From assembly GCA_951406725.2 (NCBI GenBank), contig OX597814.1, positions 132,618,001 to 132,682,000 on the forward strand: 64,000 nt of DNA, in the 5' to 3' direction. The stretch is from Octopus vulgaris. Taxonomy: Eukaryota. Both the position numbers and the translations under genes were made by a program. Position 1 is the first letter of the stretch. Each line of letters begins with the position of its first letter. Below the pieces are notes generated by a model. The model did no database searches and had not been told where the DNA came from. It saw only the letters and a program-made list of their open reading frames with translations. This document shows positions 60,985-64,000 of this stretch, in pieces.

Positions 60985-63900
60985 TTTATTGATATATATC
61001 CAATCGAAATAAAGAGCTACGAGGAAGTAATGATAATGAATATAAAAATAAGGATCAGAATAAGTGTGAAAATATAATCAAGTCCGTATCGAGATGGACA
61101 ATTTTCTATGTAGCCATTCCACATAAAATTTTTTAAGATTCGACTGGTCGAAATTTAGGAGTTTTAAAGCACCATTAGTATCTTAATCTGTCTTGTCCTT
61201 CAAAAATCAAATCATTAAAGAATACGGATGAATCCGTTCAAAAAGTGAAGACAAATAAAGTGAAAAGCACAGTATAAGGTATAGTCGAGTAAAATTAAAA
61301 TGTATTTAGGAAGTATAAGGGAAAATAACATAAGAACAGTGTAGAAGCGTTGAATGAAATATGGAACGGGATCAAATTATAACCAAAAAGGTATTTAAAA
61401 AGTTTAGCGGAATATGTCGAAGTCTGGGTCACAAGGATTAAACACACACTCACTCACACACACACGCACACACATACACACACACACTCACACGCACACA
61501 TGTAAGCACGCATTCTCATACATACACTAATACACATAAAAGGAACAATTTTGGACATACTTATAGGCTTATGAAGTAAACTGAAAAACTGGCCTTGATA
61601 CATCAAGCGTACGTTTAACCTTTGACTGGTTTCTCCATGTTGGCAGGAAATACAGTGGATTAAGTTGAAAGATATGAAACAAATTGTTTCATTGTACTAC
61701 CAATAAGTATAATATGGAAGATACAGGGACAAATGATGCATTTCTTTCGAGAATATTTAGTTGTACTAGGATGGGAACTAGTAATGGAAAAAGTGCTCTT
61801 AAAAATGAAATCATGAAAGTTATAGTCTCTTAGTTGAAGGGAATTAGACAGCATCGAAACAGCAGTGATATCAGACTAAAGTAGTTTGAATGTATGGACT
61901 ATGTTATGGTTGAAAATAAAGTGCTGAACATGAATAATGAAGAGTACTCTCTGGAGATGGTTACATTTCTTTAGACTTGAAAAATATATAGGCAGAAAAT
62001 ATTGGCAGAATTTAAAGAGACGAAAGATTTAATACTTGGAGGAGACTATCTAAGATAGGTAGATTTATGATGAGCTTATATAAATATGATAAACGAGGTC
62101 TTCAGAAAATATGTGTTGTATGGATGGTCTTGTGTTGATATGGAAAGCATAAGGAGCTGAACAAGATGTCTTTGGAGTTTTTCATGTAAAAACTTAGTTT
62201 CTTTACTAATGTGATACAATTCTGTTGATAAAAGTGAACATCCTTTTATAGGGCTTCTCATTGCAAATACATACTGTTGCTCTAGAGAGATAATTTTATG
62301 GACTTTACTAAGAAAATATGTTTGAGGTGTTGTAGCAGAGTATACGAGAAGTGGAAATAGATGGGAGATTATTTACAGAATTATGATCGTGTATAATGTG
62401 CCTTATAATAATTTGTATTATTATGAAGCATTGATAGCACGCCGGGCGAAATCCTTGGCGGTATTTCGTCAGTCCAGAATCCAAATTCTGGTGAGGTCGA
62501 ATTTGCCTTTCATCCTTTCGGGATAGATAAAGTAAGTATCAGCCGAGTACTGGGGTCGATGTAATCGACTATCTCCTTTCCCCAAATTTCTGGCCTTGTG
62601 CCTATAGTAGAAAGGATTATTATGAAGAATTAAATGCTGGGCTTCTTGTGATTCTAGAGGGCATCATAAGTCTGATATAATGCAATTCTAGGACAGTCGA
62701 CTCCTACATAAGTGTCTCGTGGCAATTTCTCCTGATCTGTTGCTCACACGACAACTAAGAGAACATTAAGAAAAAAACTCAATTATGGAGAGCCAAATGA
62801 CTCTTATGAAGCATCAATAGTTAGCACGCCGGGCAAAATGCTTGGCGATATTTCGTCCGTCTTCACATTCGGAATTTAAATTCTGTTGAGGTTGACTTTG
62901 CCTTTCATGCTTTCGGGATAGGTAAAGTAAGTACCAGCCTCGTGGCTGTTGCTCACACGACAATTAAGAGAACATTAAGAAAAAACTCGAATAATGGAGA
63001 GTCAAATGACTATTAGTAGAACTGGAATTTTATTTTCATATTTTTTCTTTTATTCAGTAAGACGAATTGTCCAATAATATCATTCACATTCTTTATATCA
63101 GTAGATGTATACCTCTAAATTTGCAAGCTATGCGCCATATGCAAATATAACAGTAATTAATCAAAATAATGAATAATGAAATAATTGATAACGACAATAA
63201 TTAATAATTGTATAATGAATAATTATAATAATTAATTCTTACATTTCTTGACACATATGCAATCCAATTTATCTAATGATAAGATTATCCTCCTAAATCA
63301 ATTTAATTATACCACTGTTATTGCAAATGGTAGGCTATACAACTCAAGAAGTTCCAGGCACGGCGATTCTTGAAGTCCTGTAGGTTGTCTGCTAATCTAA
63401 AAGTTGAATGTAGGTAACATTTCCGTTTGATATTCCGGAAAATCTGTAAATCTGAGTATCTAACTTTAACTAATCGAATATGCAGAAATAATTGCAGTAA
63501 GTGGTGCTATCCACCTTATCCAACAAACAAAATAATTACAATTAATGTCAAGCTTTAAAAGCCAGTGACTTGGTTTGTCATGTCCTCATAATGTCAACAA
63601 ACATTTTATCGGTTCAATTAAAAGCAAGTAAGACCGTACCTGTTTCTACTACTATGTGTAAGACATGTTAAACTGATATTTCGTAAATATCTCAAAGTAT
63701 ACATTCCTTCGATTAAAAACAAGAACTCATATCATACAAAGATATAAATACAGTATGGATGTTATTAGATTCATTTTAGCCAGTGACATTTGAAAAATAT
63801 TTTCTATTTTCATTTCTGAATAGAAGTAGAGCGCTTTCTAGGACTTCTCGTCAATAATTCAATAATAAGATTTATGCGGCGTGCAGGGCAGCGTTCAAAT

Positions 63901-64000
63901 GAAGTTACAGGTATGTCGAATTTATAATGTTTTTACATCCAACGTGAAGCAATTTGCTTTATTTATCTAGTTAATATCTTTGCGAATAACATGAATGTTG

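Noticed and set aside
61640-62360. Possible decayed LINE endonuclease region (DYVMVENKVL)
   Set aside because: One weak motif amid many stops; cannot be supported without a search.
63318-63443. Minus-strand frame after tttacag reading ...NRRAWNFLSCIAYHLQ*, reminiscent of the SLC6 N-terminal R..W...FLLSCIGY
   Set aside because: Wrong spacing, no GLGNVWRFPY motif, in-frame stop and no phase-1 donor; probably chance. The TM1 exon is likely outside the window.

Overview
AT-rich, microsatellite- and SINE-dense eukaryotic DNA. The repeat families look like those of octopus (coleoid cephalopod). One protein-coding gene is recognisable: a minus-strand SLC6 Na+-dependent neutral amino acid transporter of the B0AT/SLC6A15-A20 group. 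Nine coding exons run from 57411 down to the stop at 21190 (about 552 aa, TM2 to C-terminus), all with GT-AG sites and matching phases. The N-terminal/TM1 exon(s) were not found and probably lie beyond 64000. The rest of the window is tRNA-derived SINEs, R4/Dong-like, RTE, CR1-like and Penelope-like remnants, MITEs/hairpins and microsatellites. Best leads: (1) head-to-tail SINE arrays whose units join at the same nucleotide in the tRNA-like hairpin loop; (2) a near-identical partial exon duplicate forming a phase-compatible cryptic exon behind a UG-repeat; (3) an Asn->Asp change at the TM7 Na1/Cl site, as in KAAT1; (4) minimal hammerhead-like motifs in the gene's sense strand; (5) R4/Dong-like elements associated with (AAT)n versus (CATA)n; (6) a CpG-decay boundary near 17-21 kb. 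All coordinates were read by eye and no database searches were run.
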